Shown one piece after another: positions 32,839-42,634 of a stretch of 64,000 nt of DNA. The notes under the pieces were generated by a model, which searched no databases, was not told the DNA's origin, and saw only the letters and a program-made list of their open reading frames with translations. Made by a program: the position numbers and the translations under genes. The stretch's first letter is position 1, and each line of letters begins with the position of its first letter. Source of the stretch: Nitrospiraceae bacterium (lineage in GTDB: Bacteria; Nitrospirota; Nitrospiria; Nitrospirales; Nitrospiraceae); contig JBFWWG010000004.1 of NCBI GenBank assembly GCA_050246315.1, positions 257,127 to 321,126 of the forward strand, in the 5' to 3' direction.

Positions 32839-33843
32839 ATGCCCGAACTACGTCGTGATCCGATCGTCGGCCGGTGGGTGATCATTTCAACCGAACGCGG
32901 GGTGAGGCCGCGCGATTTCATCGCCGCCCAACCGCCTCAGACTTCCTCGGCATCGTTGTGTCCATTTTGTCCGGGGCAGGAATTGCTGACCCCGAAGGAG
33001 ATCCTGGCCTATCGCCCGCAAGGCAGCGAGCCCAACAGTCCTGGCTGGAGCGTTCGCGTCGTGCCGAACAAGTTTCCGGCGCTTCACGTAGAAGGCGAGC
33101 TGGGACGCGAGGGGTTCGGCATGTACGATCGCATGAACGGCGTCGGCGCGCATGAAGTCATCATCGAGACGCCTCGTCATCAGGAGACGTTGGCGGAGAT
33201 GCCCGTCAAACACATCGAAGACCTCTTGTGGACCTATCGCGACCGGCTGCTCGACCTCAAAAAGGACCCGCGGTTTCGCTATATCCTGATTTTCAAGAAT
33301 CGCGGCGCCGCGGCAGGGGCCACGTTGGAGCACACCCATTCGCAACTGATCGCGCTGCCGGTCGTCCCCACGGCAGCCGTGCAGGAGATGGAGGGTTGCC
33401 GCCAGCACTTCACGGATAAAGAACGCTGTCTGTATTGCGACATCGTGCGGCAGGAACTGGCCGACGGCTCGCGCATCGTGGTGGAGAATCCCGAGTTCGT
33501 CACGCTCACGCCCTACGCGGCGCGATTCCCCTTCGAAATGTGGATCCTCCCCAAGCGCCACGCGGCCTACTACGAGGAGAGCCAGAAGGCGCAATTCGAA
33601 TTCATGGCACCGATTCTATCCGAAACCTTGCGGCGGATGGATCGCATGCTCGCCCGGCCTGCTTACAACCTGATGCTGCACACCTCGCCGCTCCACGAGA
33701 GCAGCGGTTCCTTCTACCATTGGCATGTGGAGATCATCCCGAAACTGACCCAGGTGGCCGGATTCGAGTGGGGCACCGGGTTCTACATCAATCCCGTCTC
33801 ACCTGAGGAAGCCGCCAAGGTCTTGCGTGAAGCCGAACTGTGA
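32839..33843 (+). CDS. galT: GalT-family hexose-1-phosphate nucleotidyltransferase
   Basis: MPELRRDP, CPFCPG, NKFPAL, HTHSQ, AGFEWGTG. Confidence 0.88.
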   Translation: MPELRRDPIVGRWVIISTERGVRPRDFIAAQPPQTSSASLCPFCPGQELLTPKEILAYRPQGSEPNSPGWSVRVVPNKFPALHVEGELGREGFGMYDRMNGVGAHEVIIETPRHQETLAEMPVKHIEDLLWTYRDRLLDLKKDPRFRYILIFKNRGAAAGATLEHTHSQLIALPVVPTAAVQEMEGCRQHFTDKERCLYCDIVRQELADGSRIVVENPEFVTLTPYAARFPFEMWILPKRHAAYYEESQKAQFEFMAPILSETLRRMDRMLARPAYNLMLHTSPLHESSGSFYHWHVEIIPKLTQVAGFEWGTGFYINPVSPEEAAKVLREAEL

Positions 33844-33854
33844 CAACCGCCATG

Positions 33855-33943
33855 CGTCACTCGTCAATCGTCACACGAGAGGACACGCATCCCTCTCCTG
33901 GTTCGACTGCGCGCCTCCCACGATTGACGACTGACGCATGACG
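33855..33943. repeat. CGTCAAT/ATTGACG heptamer hairpin
   Basis: Three units at 33855-33875 and three inverted units at 33923-33943. Same unit as 10950-11004. Confidence 0.7.
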
Positions 33944-34072
33944 AAACGGTAGAAAGATGGAACAGTCACCTGTTGGTCCTCAGGTGGGTACAGGTCGATT
34001 AGCGGAGGATCGCGAGAACCTCGCACGTGCCCCTCTTGCTCCTGTTCCAGGTTGCGGCATAATATCGTCCCG

Positions 34073-34330
34073 ATGAGAGTCCATCTCAGCCATCCCGAGC
34101 GGCAGATCGAGGTCAAGGGGCCCAAGCGTGTCCAGGACCTGCTGCGTGACCTCAACCTGCTCGTCGAAGCCCATCTCGTCATCCGCGGCAGCGACCTTAT
34201 GACCGAAGACGAGGTCGTGGCCGATAGCGACAGTATCGAGGTCCGCCCCGTGATCTCCGGCGGCTCCTCGAGACAGGTGAATCTCCCGGCAGGGCGGGGT
34301 ATTCCATTTCACCCCGACCCCTCTTGGTGA
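34073..34330 (+). CDS. ThiS/MoaD-like sulfur carrier (TtuB-like) with a 21-aa extension after GG
   Basis: Ubiquitin-like size and pattern through IEVRPVISGG, then SSRQ...PSW. Confidence 0.75.
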   Translation: MRVHLSHPERQIEVKGPKRVQDLLRDLNLLVEAHLVIRGSDLMTEDEVVADSDSIEVRPVISGGSSRQVNLPAGRGIPFHPDPSW

Positions 34331-34496
34331 TCTTCTGCTTCGAGAAGGCTCGCGGATCTTTCTGGTCTCACACCGCACCCTGTACCGGACGGCTGCCGCG
34401 CTCCGAAAAACCCGCGGACGGACGATCAGACCTATCTGAGCAAGCCCATTCGCTCCAGCTTCTCGCCTACTCTTCCACCCTTCATCCCTGACCTGG

Positions 34497-35669
34497 CTAC
34501 CGGCTCGCGCGCAAATTCGCCTGCCGCAAATGATTCGGCAGGAGCATGATGCAGTTGGGGTTGTACCCCTGAGCTTTCAGCGTATCGATGCTTCCGATGA
34601 CCTTGTCCTGTGTCAGATCAATCACCGTAATGGAGCCGTCGCTCAGTCCGTCCAGGTTGAGCAGACTATTTTGGACGAACAGATACTGCTCATCGGGTGA
34701 GAGCACGGTATGATGAGCGCCGGCGGCAGCCGGAATGGTCTTGAGAAACTTGGGCCGTCGCGGCTCGCGGTTGTCATACAGATTCACAAATCCGGGTTTG
34801 GCCGTCGTGACGTACAGCCGGTCCCCCTTCGTGTTGTAGAGCATCTCTAAAGGCATTCCTTGTTGTCGCGGTCCGAAGTCATCGACCTGAGCGAACGAAA
34901 AGGTTTTCGTCGTCGGGTCCCAGACTCCGGCCCACAGCGTCCCTTCCATCATATTCGTGATGTGCACCACCGGAGGATCGGCCAGCGGACTGAACATGAT
35001 TTCGATCGGGGCCGACTTGGCTGGAGACGGCTTCGAGGCGATGAGATGGGTGGACAACACCTTCCCGGTGCTGGCCTCCAATACGGTCACCGTGTCGCCG
35101 ACATCCGACAGGTCCGGCTTCACAGTGCTGGTGATGAGCACCCGATCGATGCCGTTGTGAATCGCAATCCCATGCGGATAGGCGATGAAGGCGTCGGCCG
35201 GTGCCGGTGCGCTGATCGTCTTGATCGGCCGATCAGTGACGGCATCGCCGAGGATCACAGTGTTCGACCCCATGCAGGTGAGGTACCAGGTCCGGTTATC
35301 CTCGGAGACCACCAAATCTTCCGAGACCTGACAATCCGGCACCGCCACCGCCTGAAGCCGATAGGGAAACCGGGTGAGATCCACGACGTGCAATAGACTT
35401 TTGCCCAAAGCCGTGACATACGCTTTGGTCCGATCCCGGTTGAAAAAGATGTGGTGCGCGACGAGGTCTGACGGAAGCGGAATCTCCATCAGAATCTTTC
35501 CGAAGTCGGAAGACTCCGGATCGATATCCATAATGGCGATGCCTTCCCGTCTCACCGGCTGGTTGGACTTGCTTTCATAGTTGAGCAGCGCAAGAATTTC
35601 AGCCGATGCTGAAACCGTCCCGGCCAGCAACAATCCTCCTATCAACAAGAGCAGTCGTAATGGTTTCAT
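34497..35669 (-). CDS. Secreted YncE/YVTN-like beta-propeller protein
   Basis: Signal peptide (ASA-E) and blade motifs AHHIFF, YPHGIA, GAHHTVLSPD. Confidence 0.75.
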   Translation of the reverse strand: MKPLRLLLLIGGLLLAGTVSASAEILALLNYESKSNQPVRREGIAIMDIDPESSDFGKILMEIPLPSDLVAHHIFFNRDRTKAYVTALGKSLLHVVDLTRFPYRLQAVAVPDCQVSEDLVVSEDNRTWYLTCMGSNTVILGDAVTDRPIKTISAPAPADAFIAYPHGIAIHNGIDRVLITSTVKPDLSDVGDTVTVLEASTGKVLSTHLIASKPSPAKSAPIEIMFSPLADPPVVHITNMMEGTLWAGVWDPTTKTFSFAQVDDFGPRQQGMPLEMLYNTKGDRLYVTTAKPGFVNLYDNREPRRPKFLKTIPAAAGAHHTVLSPDEQYLFVQNSLLNLDGLSDGSITVIDLTQDKVIGSIDTLKAQGYNPNCIMLLPNHLRQANLRASR

Positions 35670-35776
35670 GGCAGCCTCCTCGTGAATCGTAGGAACCGGC
35701 TATCTCCGGCCTTACGCGGTGATGTCGTCTGCGAAGATTGAGCGATCGCTTCTCGCATTCTTGGTGAACCTTCCCG

Positions 35777-36598
35777 TCACCGTCGAATGCCGATGACTTC
35801 CAGGTATTCGGCAAACACCGTCGTGCAGTCCGCTCCGGCCTGATTGTGTGCGGTCCAGAGCGTTTCCAAATCCCGATGCAATCGCGCTTGCCCGTCGGCG
35901 TCAAGCGACGCGAACGCCCGATTCGTCGGCCCGTAGTAGAGGCGAAAGAATTCGACGACCTCCGACGGCGGGAAGGAATAATCAAAGCGGTACTGTCGTC
36001 GGGTCAGACTCAGTGCTGAGAGTTCGAGGCCGAGCCTCTCACGCACGACGGCTTCCTCGCCCCATAACACCGGTGCCGGCATCCCGGACGGCGCAATGAA
36101 TCGTGACACGCATGCGAACATCTGCCCAACGAATCCCTGCGGGGTCCAATTCGCCATGGCAATGGTGCCGCCCGGCACGCATACGCGGAGCAATTCCCGG
36201 GCGACCAATTGAGGTCGCGGAGCGAACATGGCACCGATCAGACTCACGACCACGTCGAACGTTCCGTCCTCAAACGGCAGCGCCTCGGCGTCGGCTGTTT
36301 CAAACCACGCCTGGAGGTTTTCAGCCTTGGCCCGAATCCGCGCCCGTTCGATCCAATTCTCCGCGATGTCCACGCCGATGACGTCGAGCCCATCCCGCGC
36401 CGCCATGAGCGCCAGTTGGCCGGAGCCGCATCCGACGTCCAGCAGCTTGGAACCCGGCATCAGGGCGAGTCGGTCATAGAACTCGCGCGCCCCAGCTTCC
36501 ATGGGGCGCGAGAATCGGTCGTAATCACCGGCTGACCACATCACCTTGAGACGGGTCTTCAACCCGCTCTCCTCCGCTGTCACGGTACTGATCGTCAT
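35777..36598 (-). CDS. Class I SAM-dependent methyltransferase
   Basis: LLDVGCGSG, DAEALPF.D..FDVV, GAMFAP. Confidence 0.9.
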   Translation of the reverse strand: MTISTVTAEESGLKTRLKVMWSAGDYDRFSRPMEAGAREFYDRLALMPGSKLLDVGCGSGQLALMAARDGLDVIGVDIAENWIERARIRAKAENLQAWFETADAEALPFEDGTFDVVVSLIGAMFAPRPQLVARELLRVCVPGGTIAMANWTPQGFVGQMFACVSRFIAPSGMPAPVLWGEEAVVRERLGLELSALSLTRRQYRFDYSFPPSEVVEFFRLYYGPTNRAFASLDADGQARLHRDLETLWTAHNQAGADCTTVFAEYLEVIGIRR

Positions 36599-36784
36599 GA
36601 TGTCCCTCCTGGATGATTGGTGGTTGTGGCGCCCTGTCCATGCTCACACTAGCCGAGATGCCCCGGCCGCCGCTTTGCCGCCCGTCTGGCTCTCTAATCA
36701 TCAGCGTGCTAAGCTGCGCCGTCGCTTATCCAAGCGTCCGCCCGGCTTAGCCGACGCGCGCTGTTCTGGGCTGTGGCCATCGTT

Positions 36785-37487
36785 ATGGATGTGCTGTCTG
36801 AAGTCCTCAGAGCCGTACGACTCGATGGCGCCGTCTTTTTCAACGGAGAATTTTCCGCCCCCTGGTGTGCGCGAGAGCCGGACGCCGGAACGATGGCAGC
36901 TTATCTCTCGGCTCATTCCAAACATGTCATCATTTTTCACCTCGTCGCCGAAGGACAGGCCTATGCCCGCATCGAACGCGACGGTCGCCCCGTCTCCCTG
37001 GCGGCCGGAGACATCGTCATGTTCCCTCATGGCGACGCACACGTCCTGGGAAACGGTCCTCCCGTTCCTCCGGTCGACAACACCGCACAACTTCGAGTCC
37101 TCCTTGCCGAGCGCGGTATCCTGGCTCAATCCGGGAGAAGCGGAGAACTGACTAAACTGGTCTGCGGCTATCTGACTTGCGACCAAGAATTGAGTCAGGT
37201 GTTCCTCGCAGGACTTCCAGCGATCGTCCAAGTCACATTGTGAGACAACTCATCGGGGCGGTGGGTGGAAGAGACACTCCGCTCTTCCGTGGACCACGCG
37301 GACGCCTCCGGACCCGGTGGCGACGCCGTAATGGCCAAGCTATCGGAAGTCTTGTTCGTGGAGACCCTTCGGCGATGTGGGATACGAGTCCGAGCCTTCC
37401 TTCAACCGCGCCTTTAAGCGGAAGTTTGGAGTCCCCCCGGCGCGATTCCGCAGCCAGGCCAGGCACTCTCTCAAGCAGGCTCGCTAG
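36785..37487 (+). pseudogene. AraC-family (cupin_6 + HTH) regulator pseudogene
   Basis: In-frame TGA at 37241-37243 with homology continuing to ETLRR, then a frame jump near 37375 into DVGYESEPSFNRAFKR.FG.PPA.FR. The central region is missing. Confidence 0.85.
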
Positions 37488-37500
37488 CGATCGGCCGTCG

Positions 37501-38895
37501 TCAGGAAGCAGAGTCAGGTTTGATTCTGTCCGGCGGCGGAGTCGACGGCTCGTCGTCGGACAGTTTCTTGTGGAGGTACTTGCGACTGAGGTTGGTGATG
37601 AGAAATGCGAGACCTACCGCGATCGGCACAAACACGGCCGATGCAACGGAGGCATTCCGAAGCCATCCGACCTCCGAAAGGCCTTTGAAGAGATAGCCCG
37701 CCAATCCGCTTAAGTAGTACGCAATCACGATCACCGATAGGCCTTCGACCGTATTCTGCAACATGACCTGGCTCTTTGTCGTTTTGTCCACGCTTCTGAG
37801 CAGGGTGAGATTTTGCGCCTCCAACATCAAATCCACGCGGGCTCGGATAATGGATATGATGCCCTCAAACCCGCTCCGCAGCGTATCAATCCGCTTAAGC
37901 AATTGCTGATAGCCCTCCGCCACACCGGTGATCCCGCTGAGCACGTAATCGGAAATGGGCCTGTAGGTCGAGAGGGTCTGCTCCCCCAACGCCGTGATCG
38001 TCGTATGGACAATCCTGTCGTAGGGCACGGAGCCGGAAAATTCGGAGTGAAGCCTCCCCGCCAAGCGATTCGTTTTCAGCAAGTCTTCCGTCAGGGCATT
38101 GAGCCACCGTTGAAGCGTCAGCGAATCGGCGCCTCCGATGCGCGTCGTGATGATTTCCCGCTGCTTCAAATGGACCTGCTCGAACCGATAGACCTGATCC
38201 ACGGCGGCTGAAAAGAGCGGCTTCTGCATGAGCAAGAGATGATAATAGGTTTCGATCCTGACGATCGCATCCACGACTTCCTGCACGGATGAATGTCGTG
38301 ATCGAGGCGACGCGACGCTGACGAAATACCGTTCCCGGTCGTGTTCATCGTGGGCAAAACTGGTTATCAGGGATGTCTCTTCGTCAAGAATCCGACTCCC
38401 ATAAAGGAGCGGTCCGGGAAACCGCTGCCGCAGTGTTTCGTTATCCGGCAACCGTTCCTCAGTCAGCACGATGTCCAATCGACAGACCTCAACTCCCAAC
38501 GGCGTGATCGGAAATCGATATTGGGGGAAGGCGATCGGACCAAAAGCGACGTTCGATTGCGATGGCGGAGGCAGATGCCAAATCTGATAGCTGTAATATT
38601 CGGTGTGTGTTTGCCACACGACAATCAGCCGGTCCCCGGTCACCGCAACGTTCACACCATAGCCGAACCTTTCTCGGATGGATCTCGCTTCCATCGGAAC
38701 CTGAAAAGCTTCCAACAGAGCTGTGAATTCCTCGCGGCTGGCCGGTCGCTGAGTCGGAGGATCGACCATCCGATAGGCATGGTGGTGGACATGCGCGGGA
38801 GCCCGTAACCACTCTGCGAGGGGCATTTTGGGTCTCTCGTGGAGTTCGCGAATGCGTTCTCCGGCAACGGATTTGGCACCCTCTGACGAGCTCAT
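37501..38895 (-). CDS. DUF3422 family membrane-anchored protein
   Basis: ELHERP, W..HTEYYSY, IETY..L, LQNTVEGLSV...YY and two C-terminal TM segments. Confidence 0.8.
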   Translation of the reverse strand: MSSSEGAKSVAGERIRELHERPKMPLAEWLRAPAHVHHHAYRMVDPPTQRPASREEFTALLEAFQVPMEARSIRERFGYGVNVAVTGDRLIVVWQTHTEYYSYQIWHLPPPSQSNVAFGPIAFPQYRFPITPLGVEVCRLDIVLTEERLPDNETLRQRFPGPLLYGSRILDEETSLITSFAHDEHDRERYFVSVASPRSRHSSVQEVVDAIVRIETYYHLLLMQKPLFSAAVDQVYRFEQVHLKQREIITTRIGGADSLTLQRWLNALTEDLLKTNRLAGRLHSEFSGSVPYDRIVHTTITALGEQTLSTYRPISDYVLSGITGVAEGYQQLLKRIDTLRSGFEGIISIIRARVDLMLEAQNLTLLRSVDKTTKSQVMLQNTVEGLSVIVIAYYLSGLAGYLFKGLSEVGWLRNASVASAVFVPIAVGLAFLITNLSRKYLHKKLSDDEPSTPPPDRIKPDSAS

Positions 38896-38931
38896 TGAAC
38901 TACCTCGTGTAAGCGCGCACCCACGATCTAC

Positions 38932-39139
38932 CCCGAATTATTCATGAGCGCTTCTACTGTAATTGCGGATTCGCTGCTGCGACTGGCTTGGCCGCAAGCT
39001 TCGCGCGGCCAGCGGGCGGGCTCGCCGGTCAGCCCCTCACCATGCTGGTTCAAGTATGCTTCGGGCCTTGGCGCCTCCACGCCCCCGTCTCACGACGCGA
39101 CTCCGTCATTTCGTCACGAACCGTCATGAATAATGCGGG
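38932..39139. mobile_element. MITE family A, copy 2 (inverted)
   Basis: IRs CCCGAATTATTCATGA / TCATGAATAATGCGGG, flanked by CTAC and CTAA. Reverse-complement homology to 140-360. Confidence 0.8.
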
Positions 39140-39320
39140 CTAAGAGCACCTTCGCCGAGGGTTGCTATCATAGCGTAGGTGGCTCCGGCTTCGCCATTGT
39201 CAGGAGACTCGACAACAATGGTCAAGATAGACCGACAAACACAGGATCTGGCCGCTCACGTCATTGATCTTGCCGGCGTTTGCTTTCGCGCGCCGGATGA
39301 CCGTATGATTTCCAACAATT

Positions 39321-40259
39321 ATGAAATGTGCCAAGTGCAAGACCAAAGCCGTGATCGGCCTGCCGCGGCACAATGCGGCCTTCTGCAAGCCCTGCTTTAT
39401 CGGATATGCGCATGAGCAGGTGGCTCGCGCGATCAAACACGAGCGGATGTTCGGCAAGGACGATCGTATTCTCGTGGCAGTCTCGGGGGGTAAGGACAGT
39501 CTGGCCCTCTGGCATATGCTGCTCACGATGGGCTACCGCGCGGACGCGCTCTATGTCGATCTCGGTATTCCTGGCTACTCATCCCGCTCGCGCGAGAAAG
39601 TCGAGACCTTTGCCAACAGGATTGCGGCTTCTCAGGGCGCGCAACTCCTCATCCACCAAACCCAGGAAGAAGAAGGAGCCGGCATCCGCGAGCTGGCCCA
39701 GTTGATCAACCGCCCGACCTGCTCGACCTGCGGGACGATCAAGCGGTACCAATTCAACCGCGCCGCCGTGGAGCACGACTACGATGTGATGGCAACCGGC
39801 CACAACCTTGACGACGAAGCGGCCCGGCTCCTCGGCAACGTGTTGCACTGGCAGGAGGAGTATCTCGACAAACAAGGCCCGACCCTTCCCGCCTCGGTCG
39901 AGGGGTTTTCCAAAAAGGTCAAACCGCTCTACCGCTTGACCGAGCGCGAGGTGGCCGCCTATGCCCTGCTCAATGGGATCGACTATGTGGTGGAAGAATG
40001 CCCGATGGCGAAGGGCTCCAAGATGCTGCTCTATAAGGATGTCCTCAACCGATTGGAGACCGAGTCGCCGGGCACCAAACAGTCCTTCTACTGGAAATTT
40101 CTCGAACGGCAGGCCAAAGCACAAGCGAACAATCTCTCCATGAGTGAGAAAGATCAGACCACGTTGCATCCCTGCCCGACCTGCGGCCAACCCACCACAT
40201 CTGAGACTTGCTCCTACTGCAAGATGATGGCGCGGGCGAAGGCCGGCTCGACCCGCTGA
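39321..40259 (+). CDS. ttuA: tRNA 2-thiolation enzyme, TtuA/Ncs6-type
   Basis: N- and C-terminal Zn fingers, PP-loop SGGKDS, CSTC, TGHNLDD, ECP. Confidence 0.8.
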   Translation: MKCAKCKTKAVIGLPRHNAAFCKPCFIGYAHEQVARAIKHERMFGKDDRILVAVSGGKDSLALWHMLLTMGYRADALYVDLGIPGYSSRSREKVETFANRIAASQGAQLLIHQTQEEEGAGIRELAQLINRPTCSTCGTIKRYQFNRAAVEHDYDVMATGHNLDDEAARLLGNVLHWQEEYLDKQGPTLPASVEGFSKKVKPLYRLTEREVAAYALLNGIDYVVEECPMAKGSKMLLYKDVLNRLETESPGTKQSFYWKFLERQAKAQANNLSMSEKDQTTLHPCPTCGQPTTSETCSYCKMMARAKAGSTR

Positions 40260-40331
40260 CGTTCCATCGCTCCTCTTGCATCTCTACATTCGGACTGGCA
40301 TAAGCTGTCCGGCGGTGTTACACCACATCCT

Positions 40332-41702
40332 ATGGTTCCTGTGTCTCGACGATCGCTCATCGCCGCGGTTCTGAACACCATCGCGAGACCCCGGCTTGTG
40401 TCCGTTCTCCTCTCCGCCATCGCCGCCGTGGCATTTATCGCTTGGCTCTCGGCCGTGGACCTCGGCGCCGACACGCCGCAACCGAACTCCCATGTCACCT
40501 TGCGGTTTGTGTCCTGGAAACCGGATCATCCGCGGGCCTGGGACGAGGCGATCGCGCGTTTCCAAGAAACCCATCCCGACATCTCGGTGATCCGCGAGAT
40601 CGCGCCCCATTCCTCCACCGCCTACCACGACCTGCTCACCCAGAAGCTGAAGAATCGCGACCGCAGCGTCGATCTCTTCTTCATGGATGTGATCTGGGTG
40701 CCTGAATTTGCGGCAGCCGGCTGGGTCTTGCCCTTAGACGCTCTCTTCCCCGAATCGGAACAGGCGTCCTTCCTGCCGACGACGATCGTGACCGGCCGTT
40801 ATCAGGATCACCTCTATGGAGTCCCGAGCCGCATCGACGCCGGCATGCTCTACTATCGCGCCGACCTGCTGAGCAAGTATGGCTATACAGCTCCTCGTAC
40901 CTGGATGGAGTTGGTGGAACAGGCCGAGACCATCGTGAAGGGCGAAGCGTCGAGTCAGCCGACCTTGCGCGGCTATTCGGCGCAGTTCAAGCAGTACGAG
41001 GGCCTCGTCTGCAACATGCTGGAGTTGGTCGGCAGTCACGGCGGTTCATTGATCGCCGAAAGGGACGAGACCTCGACCTTGGCCGCTCCCGAGACGCTGG
41101 CCGCGCTGCGATTCGCACGCGATCAGCTCATGGGCCGCGTGGCGCCGCGCGCTCTGCTCACCTATCAGGAACCGGAATCATTGGCGGCATTTGTCCAAGG
41201 CCAGACCGTCTTCCATCGCAATTGGCCCTATGCCTGGGAAGTGGCCAACGACCGGGAGCGGTCGAAGATCGTCGGACTGGTTGACGTCGCGGCCCTGCCC
41301 GGGACCACGGATCATCGGGGAGTGGCCACGCTCGGTGGATGGTTGTTCGGCATCAGCGCGCTGTCGGTGAATCAACGGGAAGCCTGGACCTTCATCTCCT
41401 TCCTGTCGAGCGAGGCAAGCCAGAAACATTTCGCGCTTGCCGCCGGCATCGCGCCGTCGCGGCGTGCCCTCTACGACGACCCCGCGCTCCTTGAAGCCCA
41501 TCCCCATTGGCGCAACCAACTGACCGTCCTAGAGTCGGCCACTCCGCGGCCCCGCACGCCCGTTTACCCTGCGGTGTCCCATATCTTGCAGCGGTTCTTC
41601 AGCCGGGCGCTCGCCTACCCGGCCATCGACCTAGCCGGCGAGGCCGCCAAGGCGGACGAACAGATCACCCGATTGCTGGAACTTACCAGGAGCACCAGGT
41701 GA
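40332..41702 (+). CDS. Carbohydrate ABC transporter substrate-binding protein (trehalose/maltose-like)
   Basis: DVIWVPEFA, LYYRADLL, QYEGLVCN, RNWPYAW, LGGW, PRPRTP.Y. Confidence 0.88.
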   Translation: MVPVSRRSLIAAVLNTIARPRLVSVLLSAIAAVAFIAWLSAVDLGADTPQPNSHVTLRFVSWKPDHPRAWDEAIARFQETHPDISVIREIAPHSSTAYHDLLTQKLKNRDRSVDLFFMDVIWVPEFAAAGWVLPLDALFPESEQASFLPTTIVTGRYQDHLYGVPSRIDAGMLYYRADLLSKYGYTAPRTWMELVEQAETIVKGEASSQPTLRGYSAQFKQYEGLVCNMLELVGSHGGSLIAERDETSTLAAPETLAALRFARDQLMGRVAPRALLTYQEPESLAAFVQGQTVFHRNWPYAWEVANDRERSKIVGLVDVAALPGTTDHRGVATLGGWLFGISALSVNQREAWTFISFLSSEASQKHFALAAGIAPSRRALYDDPALLEAHPHWRNQLTVLESATPRPRTPVYPAVSHILQRFFSRALAYPAIDLAGEAAKADEQITRLLELTRSTR

Positions 41703-42634
41703 CCGAACCGATCACAGCTTCCATCACAGCTCTCGCGGCTCGCGCGCGATGGCGCGATCGGCTCCAGGCCTGGTGGATGATCGCGCCGGCCCTGCTCTTC
41801 ACGCTGGTCTTCGCGCTCTATCCGGTGATCGAATCGTTTTTGCTCAGCCTCCAGCGGGTGTTTCTCGCGGTGCCGTCGCTCGGCCACCAGTGGGTGGGGT
41901 TGGACAATTTTCGCCTGCTCGCGCAGGACCCGGTGGTCCGCCAGACTTTCGGCATCACTGTCGGATTCGTCTTGCTCTCGACGGCCCTGGAGGTTGCACT
42001 CGGCCTTGTCATCGCCCTGGTCATTCACGAACAGTTCAAGGGTCGAGGCTGGGTACGGGCGGCGGCATTGATTCCGTGGGCTATTCCCACGGTGGTGGCC
42101 TCGCAGATGTGGCGCTACATCTTCAACGATCAATACGGCTTCGCCAATCTCCTGTTGTTCGGGGACGACGTTGCTCGCTATGTCCCCTGGTTGGCCTATC
42201 CCGGTTTCGCGTTCGTGATCATCGTCCTGGCCGATGTCTGGAAGACCTCGTCGTTCGCCGGGCTACTTCTCTTGGCCGGCCTCCAAGTCATCCCCGACGA
42301 TCTGTACGATGCCGCCAAGATCGACGGGGCGACACGCTGGCAACGGTTCTGGCACATTACCTTGCCGATGTTGCGGCCCGCGTTGCTGCTCGCCCTCCTG
42401 TTTCGCACGATGGACGCGTTCCGCGTCTTCGATCTGGTCTTCGTGATGACCCAAGGCGGTCCCGGCGACGCCACCCAGGTGCTGCAATTTTACGGTTACA
42501 AGACCCTCTTCACCGAAGGTCGGATGGGCTATGGGGCGGCGATCTCCGTCACCGTGTTCATGACCATCCTTCTGTTGTCCTTGATCTACATTCGTGCGGT
42601 CGGCTCGCGACTCTTGGAACGGGAGGCCCGATGA
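41699..42634 (+). CDS. Carbohydrate ABC permease (MalF-like)
   Basis: GTG overlaps the previous stop. EAA-like loop YDAAKIDGA. Confidence 0.88.
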   Translation: MTEPITASITALAARARWRDRLQAWWMIAPALLFTLVFALYPVIESFLLSLQRVFLAVPSLGHQWVGLDNFRLLAQDPVVRQTFGITVGFVLLSTALEVALGLVIALVIHEQFKGRGWVRAAALIPWAIPTVVASQMWRYIFNDQYGFANLLLFGDDVARYVPWLAYPGFAFVIIVLADVWKTSSFAGLLLLAGLQVIPDDLYDAAKIDGATRWQRFWHITLPMLRPALLLALLFRTMDAFRVFDLVFVMTQGGPGDATQVLQFYGYKTLFTEGRMGYGAAISVTVFMTILLLSLIYIRAVGSRLLEREAR

